Positions 1-12,969 of a stretch of DNA of 64,000 nucleotides are shown piece by piece. The notes beneath the pieces were generated by a model that saw only the letters and a list, made by a program, of their open reading frames with translations, made no database searches and was not told where the DNA came from. This stretch comes from Lama guanicoe. Its lineage: Eukaryota. Where the stretch lies: the NCBI GenBank assembly GCA_013239625.1, contig MU053557.1, positions 2,262,123 through 2,326,122 on the forward strand. Direction: 5' to 3'. Made by a program: the position numbers and the translations under genes. Numbering within the stretch: the stretch's first letter is position 1; every line of letters begins with the position of its first letter.

Positions 1-162
1 ATCATATATAGACGGGGCTGTAAGAGATGTCATAAGATGAATAGACAATTTTTAAGTTACTTATATTTGTATGGTTTCACTCTAAATATGTAGATTATCA
101 AAGCCAAAGGCTGATAATTATATTAATACAGTTTTTATTGTCCTCATCACGACTTTTCTAAG

Positions 163-271
163 TAGAGTGACTGTATAATTTATCATCCAAGCCAAGATAC
201 ATACTCAGATTTACATGACAGCAGCATAAGTCATGTATTGTCCTGGGAAAACCAGAACATGTGGTCCTCTA
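163..271. mobile_element. MER81-like non-autonomous hAT-Blackjack DNA transposon in RBM27 intron
   Basis: Imperfect terminal inverted repeats TAGAGTGAC...GGTCCTCTA; internal TATAATTTATCATCCAA and GTCCTGGGAAAACCAG resemble the recalled MER81 consensus. Confidence 0.6.
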
Positions 272-413
272 ATTAAAAAGAACTTCATCTTTTCTAGCTC
301 TCATTGGAGACTGTAGATCCATTTTAACAGATTTTTTAAAATAGCACATAATTTGAAGAAATCATTAGTAAATGTGAGTACAAACTTTTGTATTCTTCTA
401 AAATCTGTTTTAG

Positions 414-524
414 CCTGCAAACCAAGGGTCAAAATTCAAAGACCGTCGACTACAAATATCGTGGCACAAGGCCAAGGTGCCTTCTGTATCCACTGAGACT
501 GAAGAGGAAGAAGTCAAGGAGGAG
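414..524 (+). CDS. RBM27: RBM27 penultimate coding exon (111 nt, phase 0-0): PANQGSKFKDRRLQISWHKAKVPSVSTETEEEEVKEE
   Basis: Acceptor ...ctgttttag| at 413 and donor GAG|gtaaat at 525; 37 open codons; the peptide matches the recalled RBM27 C-terminal region (end of the last RRM, KFKDRRLQISWHK). Confidence 0.92.
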
Positions 525-898
525 GTAAATTTAATGATTGAAAATAAAAGTTGAATTAGATTGTTTCCAAATTGTATATTTTTCTTAACAGTAAATACTG
601 TAAATTTTAAAATACTGAATTCTTTCATGTATTAATTAAGACTAGGCTAGAAGTTTATTAAAGAATCTGAACAGGTGCAGAAATGAAAAAAGCTTTCGGG
701 GGGTATTTTCTGGTGTAGGAGAGACTGTTGTTCTTTTTTATTTTCTATTTTTATTAAAATAGACATGTGCCATTGCAAAGTTACTCCTCATTCATCATTA
801 TTTTGGTTTTAAAAGATATATAGCATTTATGGCTGATCAAGAGTCTTCTGACGACATGGGTAGTTTTACGTAACAAGCTGAAACATTTCCCATGTTAC

Positions 899-948
899 AA
901 AGAAAGAAAGAGAGAAAGAAGGGAAGGAAGGAAAAAGAGAAGAGAAAA
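899..948. repeat. Purine-rich (GAAA/GGAA)n low-complexity tract
   Basis: aaagaaagaaagagagaaagaagggaaggaaggaaaaagagaagagaaaa read directly. Confidence 0.85.
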
Positions 949-1427
949 ATCTTGTATTTTGACAGTGTTTGTGGGTACCTCTACTTTGTATAAGATTTTA
1001 GATTTTTATGTAAGATTTGGAATGTCACTGTCACGGGGAAGTTATGTCATAATTCCTCACAGATAGTCGGATATTAGAGGAAAAATTTAGAAGTTCAAAT
1101 GGTCATTTTCCTCATTTTTAAGATAATATAATAAAATTAATTTTATAAAAAACATATTTTATAGATACCATTCTTATATTATTTGTTTTCCTGATGATAC
1201 TAGAATGAAAATCTCTTATTAAAACTAGCAAAGTTAGGAGGGGAGAAGAATATGTATACATTTTTTTTAAATGTTCTGGGTTTTTCTTGCCGTGAAGGAT
1301 ACTCTGAGTGCATCACTGGTGTGTCCAGCCTGGGCTCTGTATACTAGTCCGTTTGTCCTTTGGCCTAAAAAGTATTTCACTTAACTTTCTTGTACCACTG
1401 AGCAGATTGTACCTTCTCTTTCCCCAG

Positions 1428-1511
1428 GAAACAGAAACCTCAGACTTGTTTTTGCATGATGATGACGACGAAGATGAAGATGAGTATGAGTCTCGTTCGT
1501 GGCGAAGATGA
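1428..1511 (+). CDS. RBM27: RBM27 last coding exon: ETETSDLFLHDDDDEDEDEYESRSWRR*
   Basis: Polypyrimidine tract ccttctctttccccag| at 1427; in frame with the 414-524 exon; acidic tail ending in SRSWRR-TGA is the RBM26/RBM27 C-terminus. Confidence 0.95.
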   Translation, partial: ETETSDLFLHDDDDEDEDEYESRSWRR

Positions 1512-2474
1512 AATCTGATGCAAGCTGTATAATTTTTAGGAATATTGTTTAGAAGAACAACTTTTTAAAATTATTTAAAGAAGTCAATGAGCCAAAAAAA
1601 TTTTTTTTATTTTTCTTTTCAACACAGTAGGTTTAAGAACAGCAAGTTTGCTATTTAAATACATCTCATAACTGTACATGATGTTAAAGCACCAAAGGCC
1701 TAGTGACTTTTACACAGTGTGAAGATCCACGGGAATGACACGATAATCTCTAGAGCCTTACTTTCCACACCACCTGTTTTTGTTGCTATTGGTGTTGGAT
1801 TATGATGTAAATGACAGGGTGTTCAGAAATTTTATTTTGGATTACAATCTGCTGATAAAATTTCATTAAATGTCAAAATTGCCTGGAATCTCTTAACTCT
1901 CAGCTATGTATGGATGGGTCGTCAGACAGTAGGAGGTGTTTGTAATTAAAATACCCTTTTGCTTTCAAGAGTTGTCTTGGAAGAAACGTAAATTTATTTT
2001 AATTTTTTATTGAGGAGCCCAATTTGTATTCAGTCTAAATTTTGGAGGGGGTTTTAATGTGTAGCACGAAGTACTATGTTAGTGTAAATCATAACTGTGT
2101 TCTTAAATGCTATAAGGCAGTGGTAGCCAGCTCTGTGGTATTTCCATTCTGTCATCATATTATCTCTCCTGGACTTCTCCTGCTACTAATTTTTAGTTTG
2201 CTTTGAAATTATTGAGCATTGGTTCAGTTGGTCCTTTTTTTAAAACAACATTCTTGGAATATAAAAGGCTATCACCTGTTGCCCCTTTCTTGTCCCCATT
2301 TTCTTTCTCCTGCCTTCTTAGTAATAGACCTGACTTACCCATTATTGAGATAAGTGATTCTTTGGGGCCACCAAAAGTCAGTCCCCAGTAAAAAGTTTAA
2401 ACCAGCACCTTGATGAATAAGTGATGTTTTGATGAGAATAATGGAAAGATTTTTGGGGAGAGAGAGTCACCAGC

Positions 2475-2484
2475 TTTTTCTTTC

Positions 2485-2521
<37 letters not shown>

Positions 2522-2526
2522 TTTTT
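2475..2526 (+). repeat. (TTTTC)n followed by T22 in RBM27 3'UTR
   Basis: Read directly. Confidence 0.9.
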
Positions 2527-4599
2527 AAAGCTTTTGTTTTGTTATTTTTTAAGCAAAAGGGTAGAAATTCCTTTCTTAAATTTAAACCATGATGGTGAGG
2601 TGACTGGGGGTAGGTTAGGGGTGGGGTGGGGTAGGGGGTTGAGTATGCTAGTAATAAATGGGAGTCATAACTTGACTTTGATCAGATGACCTTATATTTT
2701 CATAATTTTGTAGCTTGTTGCTATCCATGAACATATGCATCCTTCAGTAGACAGTTCCCTTCACTGTGTGCATTTTTACTGTACACTATAGAGTAGAGTA
2801 TCCGTTAAGTAAAATATATATGTAAATTTATGTCCTTGTGTTCTGAATGTTAGATGGAAAAGCAGAGGAGCAACACTACACTGTATTGACCCCTGAGGAA
2901 ATAAAATGATTAATGTACATAGGGCGTCACTTTTTAAAGGATATACACATCTATGTTTTTATAATACACATGGTGTGAAAATTTGAAACTTCCTGTTGGC
3001 TTCAGAAGGTTCTTGGTGATCACTATATCAAGGATTTTGTTTCCTGAGGTAAAGACTGTTTCTCAAAATAGAAACTGTTCACTAAGAAACTTAAAACCAT
3101 CAGGACTCTAGATTTACTTAGCTTCAAGAAGTTAAATCCCACATTCTGATTATCTTTCCTCTTCTACACATTTTCCTGGAATGATGTGTCAAACCAGGGT
3201 CATTTTTAAGTTCATGTAATTTTCCCTTCATAATAATAAGGACTTACTCTTTCTAGGTTATTATTATATTTCTGATAACACTGAAGCTAAAATAAGCTCG
3301 TAGAAGAAGGAAAACATTACATTGGGGTACCTAGAATAAGCAATCTTGCTCCTTCCTCCTCCATCATCTCTAATGAAATTTTCTTGATGTCTGTGGCTCA
3401 GTTGGTATATATTTTGAAAGATTCATTGTGGTGAATATTTTGAGTCCTGACAGTTTAAACGTGATAGAGGGAACAAAGGATTTATATATTTTTTGTACAA
3501 AGTTTTTTCTTAAAATGTATAATTTTGTAAATAATTTGTTTGGTTTTTTTGTGTACTAAAACTACCAGCGTATAGATTTCAATAAGAATTGTTGTATTTT
3601 TGTATTTGGAAACTGAAAATTACAGTAAATTAATGGAGCTGTAAAAAAAATTTTCAGTAGACTGACAGTTCAGCAGAATGAGATTCCTTTTCATATGATT
3701 TTTTTAACCTAAAATTGACATCTTATTACACTCTCAGTACAGTACAGAGAAAGTTGAGGATTAGTTTGACTTTTTAGTTCTTGGGGGAGAGGGGATGGAT
3801 GAGAAGAGTGTTAATAGTGAACAATAGATAGACACTTTTTCCAGTAAGTTTATTGAGGCCCTTTATATAAAACTTTGTTTTCAGTACACCTTAAGTGAGA
3901 CTGAAATACTTTAAAAACATCCTTCCTAAGAGTTCTAAAACATGTTTGACTCTCAAAAATGAATTCAAAGTATGCATTAAATATAATATTAGAAAGTTTA
4001 AGTTAAGGTTAGCATAAAATAGTTGAAACGTACATACTTTTTTTCCCTTAGGACTGAGATCCCTAAGCATTAGAATTTCTCTTAAAAGTGCATAGCTCCC
4101 ATGACTTGTTTTTTGGCATCTTTATCTGAGACAAATTCTGTTTGTTTTAATGGGTATGGCATCTTTCTAAGTAACCGTTGAGCAGTAACACCAGTCTGGC
4201 TTGGTCAGCATGGTTTAGTAGTGGATTCTGCCCAAGCTTCAAAAGGTAATCCCAGGGAATGCAGAATTTCCCTCAATTTCTTCATGTCGTAACATTGGGA
4301 AAACATTGTCACTAGCAAAGATGGGTAAGTTGGAAAACCATCTTGTTAGGGTTAAAAAAAAGGTCCATGGTGATGGATCATTATTTCAAAAAGAAGAAAA
4401 AAATCATGTGAAAAGGAATAGTGGTTCCTCTTGATGTATAGTATGCCTGTATTATAGTTTTTACAAAATTGTGAACTTGTGTAATAGTATAATAGGAGAT
4501 ATTGTTGAATTTCTAACTGTTTATACATTTAAATTCATATATGTAATGTTTGTTTTATCGATTACAATCTGAATTTCTAAGAAGCATGTTGACTTTTGC

Positions 4600-4605
4600 A
4601 ATAAA
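4600..4605 (+). terminator. Probable RBM27 polyadenylation signal AATAAA
   Basis: Canonical hexamer at the end of the U-rich UTR-like block; another AATAAA at 2900-2905 could be a proximal site. Confidence 0.6.
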
Positions 4606-7600
4606 GATGCAATATGGAATGGTTCACAATTGGAAAAAGAAAAAAAGATAAAAAGTATTAACAAATTTAAAAGAATTTGGAAAATTTATGAACCATTCCA
4701 AAAATGATAACAATCACCAAAAGAGCTGTAATTCTGGCTTGTTCTGGAAAGAAAGAAACTGTGTATGTATGCTTGCTTGTGAGAATGAATGAGTAATGGT
4801 TAAGAATGTGTGTTTTATGTTGGGTTCACATACATGAGAGAATGCCACCCATTATGAATTTGGGTACCGAAGTTCACTGGCTATTAAATATTCAGTAGAG
4901 AATAACTCCTTTGCCAGGGTGCTCTTGAAAATGAAAGAGAGGGGTATTAAAGTGTTACTTGTGAGTAACCTTTGATAGCCATATTTCTTGGTTTAAGGAT
5001 GGGTCTTGGTATCCCAGGAAAAAAGCACAATTTTATAAAAAGAAGTTATTTTACTATTATTTTGAAGATATTCAAGATGCCAGCCAACAATAGGAAGGGC
5101 ATTTTCATTAAGCACAATAGAGCGGGGAAAGAACACCTTGAAGAGATGACCTTTAGGCAGTTGATAGTGATCGGTATTTGTGAGGGGTAACAAGAGATGG
5201 AAGTGATCTTACACACCAGGGACTGGGTGGTGATGGAAAAAGGAAGTATGTCACTTGGGTTCCTATATTCTTGTTTTAAAAGCTGCTTTTCTTACACAAT
5301 TCCCCTTCAGATGATTATGTGTTGTCTAAGAAGACTCATTCTTCAAATCTCAGCTTATACAGGAAAATACTAAAGAATGGGAGTAAATTTGATTTTCGTA
5401 CTTTTCAAATAAACAGAAGTTTTATCCATTTTTTATGAATTGAGTAAATGGCAAATAAGCTGAGTCCATTGTTTGGTGTTTTGAATAGGTGATGATTTAT
5501 CTGACATAGATTTCTAATAAACATTAGTCTGGGGCTTTTGAGGGGGCAAGCATAATTCTGAACGTAGTTACATTTAACAGTAATAAGTCAAACATTTTAC
5601 GAAAATGGAGCTCTCATTAAACTGGTTTCATGTGATGTTTTTACTGATTTTAATGCAAATTATTCTAAAGCCAAGGATTAATTTTGAATCACAAGCCCCA
5701 GTATACTATCTAGTCTGCATCTAATTATGTTCCAGTGGACTTCAGGCATGAGCATGTATCTCAGCATGTGGGATCATTTTAGATGAGAGAGTCGGGGTTG
5801 CTTTAAACAAGTGGACCAACATTATCTTGCAAGGCAGACCTGCCCATATTGTATCATTTTTAGTCTCAAATATCTACCTGAGGGGCCAACCAACATCAAA
5901 AAAAAACAAGCTATATACTGCTACTGCATGTGTTACAAATCATCTTTGTTTATGCTATATTGATGTTGTTGCCAAAGTGATCTCCTTTCTACAGGATCAT
6001 CTACAATTTGGCCTCTTACCTGGTTCTGCAGTCGACCTTAGGTTAACTGAACATCGCAAGCCTTCTGAGAACAGGTGACTTGATACAGGTGAAATTAAGG
6101 TCAGGATAGTGTTTGATGATTGGTTGCAGGATGTTTGTGGTTTTAGTCTACACTTTTCTTAAGCTTCTGCAAACATTTTTGTGGTGGTGGTGGTCAGGAA
6201 TCGTTAAACATCGTTACTTTTTCTTTTTATTTCTATTTTCCCTCTTTTGAAAGAGGAGCAGGGGAAGAAGGCCCTAATCTAACAGCCTGTTAGTTTTCAA
6301 TGAAAATAAGGCTGTATTTCCTACATCGCTTCAGTTTTCTAACTACTTCATAGAGTTCTACTACCTTGATAGAGGTAGTTTTAAAATAATTGAGTTGGGA
6401 TAATAATGGTTAATACTTGATTGTTCAAAAGTTTTTATTCTTAACTCAAGTCTTTGCTGGGGGGTAGTGTGTAAATAAGCCTTTTAGTTGCCTAGCTGTG
6501 TTTCTGTTGATTCATTTTTCGACACTGCTTTGTAAAAACCTCATAAAAGTGAATGTCTTGTTAATGTTAAGTTTTCTAAAGTCCTTGTGATTGCATCTCT
6601 TCCTAGTTTGCCCCCAGACAGCTATTTTTATGAGATATTTGTGTATTTCTCCCAATCTTAAGTTAGATAATAAGGGCTAATATAGACTTGATCAAATAAT
6701 TTTTTTTGAGGAGGACTTGGCTTCAAGATTGAGACTGTGTACATGTTTAGTTTGAGTTCTTAGACCAAACACTGCCTATTTATGTAAGCCTCTGTTCCTG
6801 TATGAACTATTGAGTTCAACTTCCTGAACCACCCTCCAACAAGAGTTGTCAATTTTCTGTAGCATTCAAGTTTTTAACACTTAGAGCCTGTAGGGGGCTC
6901 CAGAAGGCAAAATTTAGTGGTCCTTAGAGCAATGATGAATCTTTTCTTCCACAGCAACTCAACAGTGAAAAACACGTTTTGTATTGCAACCCGGTACACA
7001 CGTGCACACACACCCAACAAAAGTTAACTCGACAATACTTACCTCTACAACCCAGTATGCACCAGATATTTTTTCTGTTCCTGTCAGGACCCACAATTTG
7101 GTTTTCAAAACTGCAGTTTGGAAAACAGTAGCCTATTGAGTTTCAGGGTGAATTGCATTTTAAATCACTTGCTGTGACATTGTCAGTACTATTTTGAGTA
7201 TAAAATGTTAGAATTTTATCTTCTGCTTTGTTTGGAAAAATAGTCTGGAGTCAGAAGTTGACCTTTAGTCTAAAATTAAAGGTGAGAATAATGTATATCA
7301 GTGTCTTTATTGATTACTTAATGCTCTTGAGCATGAAAGTCTTTTATAGTTTTTAATTTTTAACATAGACAACTGTGAGTGACTTTTTAAACTTACCTGC
7401 AGTTTTGTATTTTTGTCATTATTTGTCCTGGGAAGGGAGTGTAATACTAGTGTATTGGTGCTACTTTTTATGAAATCCAAGGCAGTTTGCAAGAATTATT
7501 TATTTAAAAAAAAAAAACCTGCCCATGAAGTCCATACAACAAGTATTTAGTGTCTGAATCAAATTTTTTTATACTTTGATTTCAATTTTGCATTTAAAGT

Positions 7601-8204
7601 TCAGCTTAGCTATCAACTGTATAAAACAAACGAGGTTTGATAGATTTGTGAGGAAATTGTACATAGTCCAACATGGTGCTGTTGAATTTCACACTTTTAA
7701 AAACACATTCTCCTGTAGGTTCATTAGAAACAGGAGATGCTGATAAACCTGTCTGGTAAAAATAACTACCTAATCCTTGCCACTTTTCTTAATCTTGGGC
7801 AAGTGTGTCATTTGTACATTTACATGAATGAGCTTTTCTGCTTTCTAAAATGTAAAGAGGAAGCTTGGGAACATGTCAAGGAGAAGGTTGTCATATCTTC
7901 AGAAATCCATAGAAGAAAACCATGAAGTCTGCAAAGTAATGAAATCAACACCAAACATGAAATACAAGTTATTTGTACATTTCAGTATTTCTATCCTCTT
8001 GTCCATGTAATTCTCTTGGATTCCTTAAGCAATAAAGCTTGACTTTCCTGTAATACCATGGTGCCAAGTAAATATTTTCAGTTAAACTGCTTGATAATTT
8101 TAAACTTCACTTTTGTGAATTCAATTCAGCACATGTATTGAATGCTCAGTGGTTTGTCTGCATTCTGCTTGCAGCAGCCCTTTGAAGAAGGCACTCCCTT
8201 GTTC

Positions 8205-8332
8205 CGCTCTGAGAACTGAGTTTAGGGGAGATTAAGTGATTTCCTGGAGGTCACACAGCCTGTAGCGGTGGGGCCAGAATTTGAACATGGGTCTGACACC
8301 AGGGCTTATACTCTTAACCGCTGTGCTTTGCT
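8205..8332 (-). mobile_element. MIR SINE fragment
   Basis: Reverse-complement MIR core: aactgag...attaagtgatttcctggaggtcacacagc...tttgaac...ctcttaaccgctgtgct. Confidence 0.7.
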
Positions 8333-10759
8333 GCTTCTAACAAAATGGAATATTGCAAGTCTGTAGAATGTCACTGGTCTTTTTTATTAGTGTCTGTCAA
8401 GCACTGCCATTCTGGCTCCATCTATCTCATATGCCCTGGGTTGGAACCAGGCTCCCTTGGGGAGCAACACTGTGTTTTTAGGTAGCATATTGGAAGCTAT
8501 AGAGCACGGTGTTTATAGATGCTAATTTGCGAGGAGACATTTTAAAGTAATAATTTTCTGTGACCTCCATAATGTACAGCCAGCCAATTTGATCCGTTTC
8601 GCAATCATTTGGCTGTATCATAACCTATGTTTATTTTATTTTCAATTTTGTCTTAAATATTTTTCCTGTGGCAAACTGGATTATGATAATCTTGCAGTAT
8701 TTCTACCTTGCTTCTTTGTGTTTTTCAATATTTCTGGTGCCTTCTTCCTTTTAACCTTGGCATTAAAAAAAATCATGTTGTACATAAATAAATTCATGTG
8801 CTTTAATTTAATGTTTTCATATAGTATACCGAATTTTCTAGGCAAAAAGTGCTGAGAATAGCAGTGTTTGTTTATATTTATGTTTATGCCGTAGATTTTT
8901 TTTAAAAAAGTATATTCTCGGTGAATAAAACTGATATTCATGTCATTGTTCTATTGTTTATAGAGTTATTTGATTTTTTTGCATGTTCAGATTTCTTTTT
9001 TGGTAATGTCATTCTGAATCCTTGCAGATCTCTAATTTTAGCTATTTTGGCAACTACGAGATGTTTATTGACTACTAATGATATGGTAATAATTGTCATC
9101 TGCAAAAAGGAAAAGAAGATGCTAGCACACTTGGGAGAAAGGGAGCTTTTTATTCTTTGACAGCCCATGAGAAAACTGGACATGTTCTAAGAGATCCAAC
9201 AGAAAAAGTTTTTTGTTCTTGACAAATTTAGCAGCCGCTGGGAATATTTCCAGTATGGGAACTGTATCAAGGAAGTTGCTGAGACAAAAGAGAATGATTA
9301 TAGCATTCTCTTGCTAACAGTATAAGTTTCTAGAAAGGTGTCTCCCCCTAAATTTTGGATTATGTCATTTAAAAAAAAAATCTCACTTTCGTCAAATGCT
9401 AAAAAAGCATGGCATTATCAACATTTTGTTTTAAAATATTAAAGATGGGGAAGAATTTTTATACATAGAACTTAATTTCTTAGAATTATATATTTTTATC
9501 TTTTGAAAAATTTCTACCAATAACTTTAGAGCACTTCTCTCCCTGTGATTTACTTAAATCTTAGTAAATTATACATTTCTGCACTTTAGCCATTCATGTG
9601 AAAATTATTTGGAGTCATTGCAATAGAATGGTGCTGTGTGGTCTCCCGAGGCCTCAAGTATGTCAAAGAAGTTTCATCCACTCTTAGTTTTACATTTTCC
9701 AGTTTCACATTTACATTGATAAAGTAAATAAAGCTGAAGAAAAGTCTTTCAAGATTGAAGTAGATGATTAAGATCTATGTAGAGGCGAGGACTTATGTAA
9801 GGACTCTCTTTTTATGGCTGGCTTAGTGCTGAGTCCCTAATATTTTTGGAAAGCCATTTGTGTGTTGTAGGCACCTATTAATTTCTCAGAAATGGTAGTA
9901 CCTAGGGAGAAAAAAAAGGAACCCAACTGGTTTATTCAGGCATGTTCAGAAAACTTTGAGCATTGTCTATAAAAACAGTACGCAGTGTGTTTTGCCTCTC
10001 CCATTTTACAGCCCAGGAGGATTGCCTTTTTATTCATTTTGAGGTTTCATTGATCATCACTGCAGTAGCGTGATGCTTCATGGACTTAGAGTGGAAGGAC
10101 TGGTTACAGTAGATGGCTTCACTTGTTTCTCATTCTTTGTGGCCTAAGTGAATCAGAATCCAGAGAAAATCTGCACACTTACAGTGGGAGAAAAGTACAA
10201 AGACTTTTGATGGTGTTCAACATTTCAGTAGGATAATCCTTAACCATTCTTGCCCAGAAACATGATGAATTTTTTTGTGTGTGCCGTAAGTAAGAAATTA
10301 AAGTTGTCTAATGTTTTGTTAGACAGGATAAAGTAGCCTGCATGCAGAAGCCCTTTAACAGCTACTGAGTAAATGAAGAACCGGAAGACGTAATAAAGAA
10401 TAACTTATTCCTGCCTTTCATTTACTTAATTTTCGTTTGGTTTCACCACAGTCAATTTTAATAGCGCTAAGAAGAAATGAATGTAAATTTGGAGAAGGAA
10501 TTGTGAAGTCTCTTTTTATTCACCGATGTACTTTCTATAATTTTTTTTCCCCACATTTTAAGCCCTGGTTTCAGGAAGCGTGTTACCATTTTTGTGTTGT
10601 ACTTTTGATGTCCCTATTACCAGTCTGAGAGAGGGACGCTGAGCAGAATGCTGAGGAACCACGGGTCTCATGCAGGCAGCTCGTCCCACAACTGGGGTGT
10701 TTCTTAGCAGTTCAGGGGTAAAGAGAGCCCCAACCTTGGTGGCAAAATAATACTGGCTA

Positions 10760-10955
10760 CCATTTCAGTGCTCATCATGTGACTCACTGTGCTGTGTTTT
10801 CAAACATACTTATTTACTCTGTAAGAGGTATACTGTGATTTTTCCCTGCCTGTCCAAGGGAAAACTGAGGCACAAGCAGGTCATAGGCTCAAAGCTAGGC
10901 CAAGATTTAAAGCCACGTTACATCTGACTTCAAAGCACAGCTCTTAACCGTTGCT
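10760..10955 (-). mobile_element. MIR SINE fragment
   Basis: aaaactgaggcac...tctgacttcaaagcacagctcttaacc core. Confidence 0.6.
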
Positions 10956-12630
10956 TGGTACTGTGTTCAGGTCCCAGTTCTCGCTGCCTGTGTGAGCTGG
11001 GATTAATTACTTAGTCTTTTGAATGCTCAGTTTACTCAGAAAAGTGGGCATTATAACATCAGGACCCATTTAATGTGCACAAATTTGCAATAAACGTTAG
11101 AGTTTAATGTCCCTGAAAGTATTTTGTGAACTATAAACCACTATTAGCAGATCTTGTAAGATTCATCAAGTTGTCTGAATGGAGCTATTTTCAACTACAA
11201 TTGTATTTCCTACATTGGTTATTAAATCTTGTGGAATTGCCTAAAGAAATGAGTTTGGCCAAGAGAAGTCTTCATACCTGAGAGTGACTGGAGGGAGACT
11301 TTCTCCTTTGAGACTGTTTTTACATTTCTATTTTCCACCTTTAACCCATTCCTTGTAGCAAAGGATTCCCCTTTCAGAAGAGAGAAGGTCATGGTGACAC
11401 GCTTGTCTCAGAGATCGCCAGGGGCACCATGCTGAATGCACTGGGAGTCCCTCCTCTTTCTTTTCTTCCTTATTCTTATTGTTGCAGTGACTGACCTAAT
11501 GTGAGTACCCAGACACCAGGAGCCGAGTTGCACTTCAAATTTAGAATCAAAATGGGGGGATGGCAGGTGTGAAATTTTTGCCAAAGGCTTTATCTGGACT
11601 AGATCTGGAACACTGGGTGAAGAGGCCTTTTCTACTTGGTAAGGAATATCACCTGTGAATTCCATTCTAAGCACACACTGTAACCCCCAAGAGTACGCAC
11701 CTGCGGAAGAAACGTGAGCCTCTCTTATAAGCAACACAGTGCTCTTTTAGGCTACAAACCTAAGAATTATGAAATCATTCAAACTTTTACAATATTATAG
11801 TACTTGTCACCCTGGAATAACAGATTACCTGAGCATTTGAGGCTTTCATGGAGGAAAAGATCATTGGCCATCGACACTCTAGGCATTGGTAGTAATGCTG
11901 AAAAGCAACTTATAGAATTTTTGAAGAACTTACCATCTACTGCACTGCGCCTAGAACAAATGAGTGTCATCTGCCCATTTGTTTAAGAAGTATATTAACT
12001 TATATGATAAACACAGAGGGAACATTGTTTCCCCATACGAGCTGATTTTGCATAACCTTATTAGCTCAGATTTTTATAAGAATTACCTCCTCCTTTCAAG
12101 CAGTAAGAGGCTGGCAACACTGGGAGGGAGAGAAATTCTGGACTAGCTCATTAGTTTTCTTCTTACCTCTCACCAGCTGGTGTAATAGTTATTGCAATAC
12201 AATCTGCAGATATTTTAGTAACGGGAACAATTCTGGACGTTGCTTTTTGAATGTGATAGTATTTGTCCTAAAGTAAAAATACCTGAGCAGAAGTGTTAAA
12301 TGGAAGTGTAGTCTTAAAACTGTCTTTTGGAATACCTTCATAGGCAAATCAGAAAGCATGAGTATGCCCAGTTTTGGTAATCAGCAAAATATTTCATCTC
12401 TTCACTCCTACCCCCCCTACCCCCATTTTTTCCCCCTGGTTTATAAAGTGTTTGTAATTCTCCTTCAGGTTAATTCCATTTCCCTCTGTGAGAGTGTATG
12501 TGTTTTTACAAATCACAAGGCGAGTAAGCACGTCCCTTGGGTTAGAAATGTGTGGAGAGGGAAATGGAATCGTGACCAGTGTGGGTAGAAAGACCTAAAT
12601 ATACTGTTGCCATACACCTGAGCGGCTTTT

Positions 12631-12714
12631 TCTTTCAATTGAAGAATAGTCAGTTTACAATGTTGTGTTAATTTCTGGTGTACAACATAGTAATTCAGTT
12701 TTATATAAAGAGTG

Positions 12715-12758
<44 letters not shown>

Positions 12759-12969
12759 CATACACACACACACACACACATACATATAGTCCTTTTCATA
12801 TTCTTTTTCATTGTAGGTCATTACAAGGTATTGAATATAGTTCCCTGTGCTATACAGTAGGACCTTGCTGTTTATTTTGTATATAGTAGTTAGTATCTGC
12901 AAACCCTGGACTCCCAGTTTATCACTCCACCCCCTCTTTCCCCCCTGGTAAACACAAGTTTGTTTTCTA
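12631..12969 (-). mobile_element. 5'-truncated L1 3'-UTR copy (artiodactyl-type) with internal (TA)n(CA)n expansion
   Basis: ttgaagaatagtcagtttacaatgttgtg...ttccctgtgctatacagtagg is shared with other copies in this window; approximate TSD tgagcggctttt (12619) / tgagtggctctt (12970); microsatellite at ~12718-12790. Confidence 0.85.

Larger units (their letters stand above)
1512..4625 (+). other. RBM27: RBM27 3'UTR (~3.1 kb, AU-rich, no recognisable transposons)
   Basis: Follows the stop codon; U-rich; Pumilio-type TGTACATA (2914) and TGTAAATA (3526); ends near AATAAA at 4600. The 3' end is inferred. Confidence 0.7.

Noticed and set aside
1308..1427. 5' part of ORF 1308-1511 as coding sequence
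   Set aside because: Intronic, including the polypyrimidine tract; the real exon starts at 1428.
12513..12902. 129-aa minus-strand ORF
   Set aside because: L1 3'UTR plus (TA)n(CA)n microsatellite.
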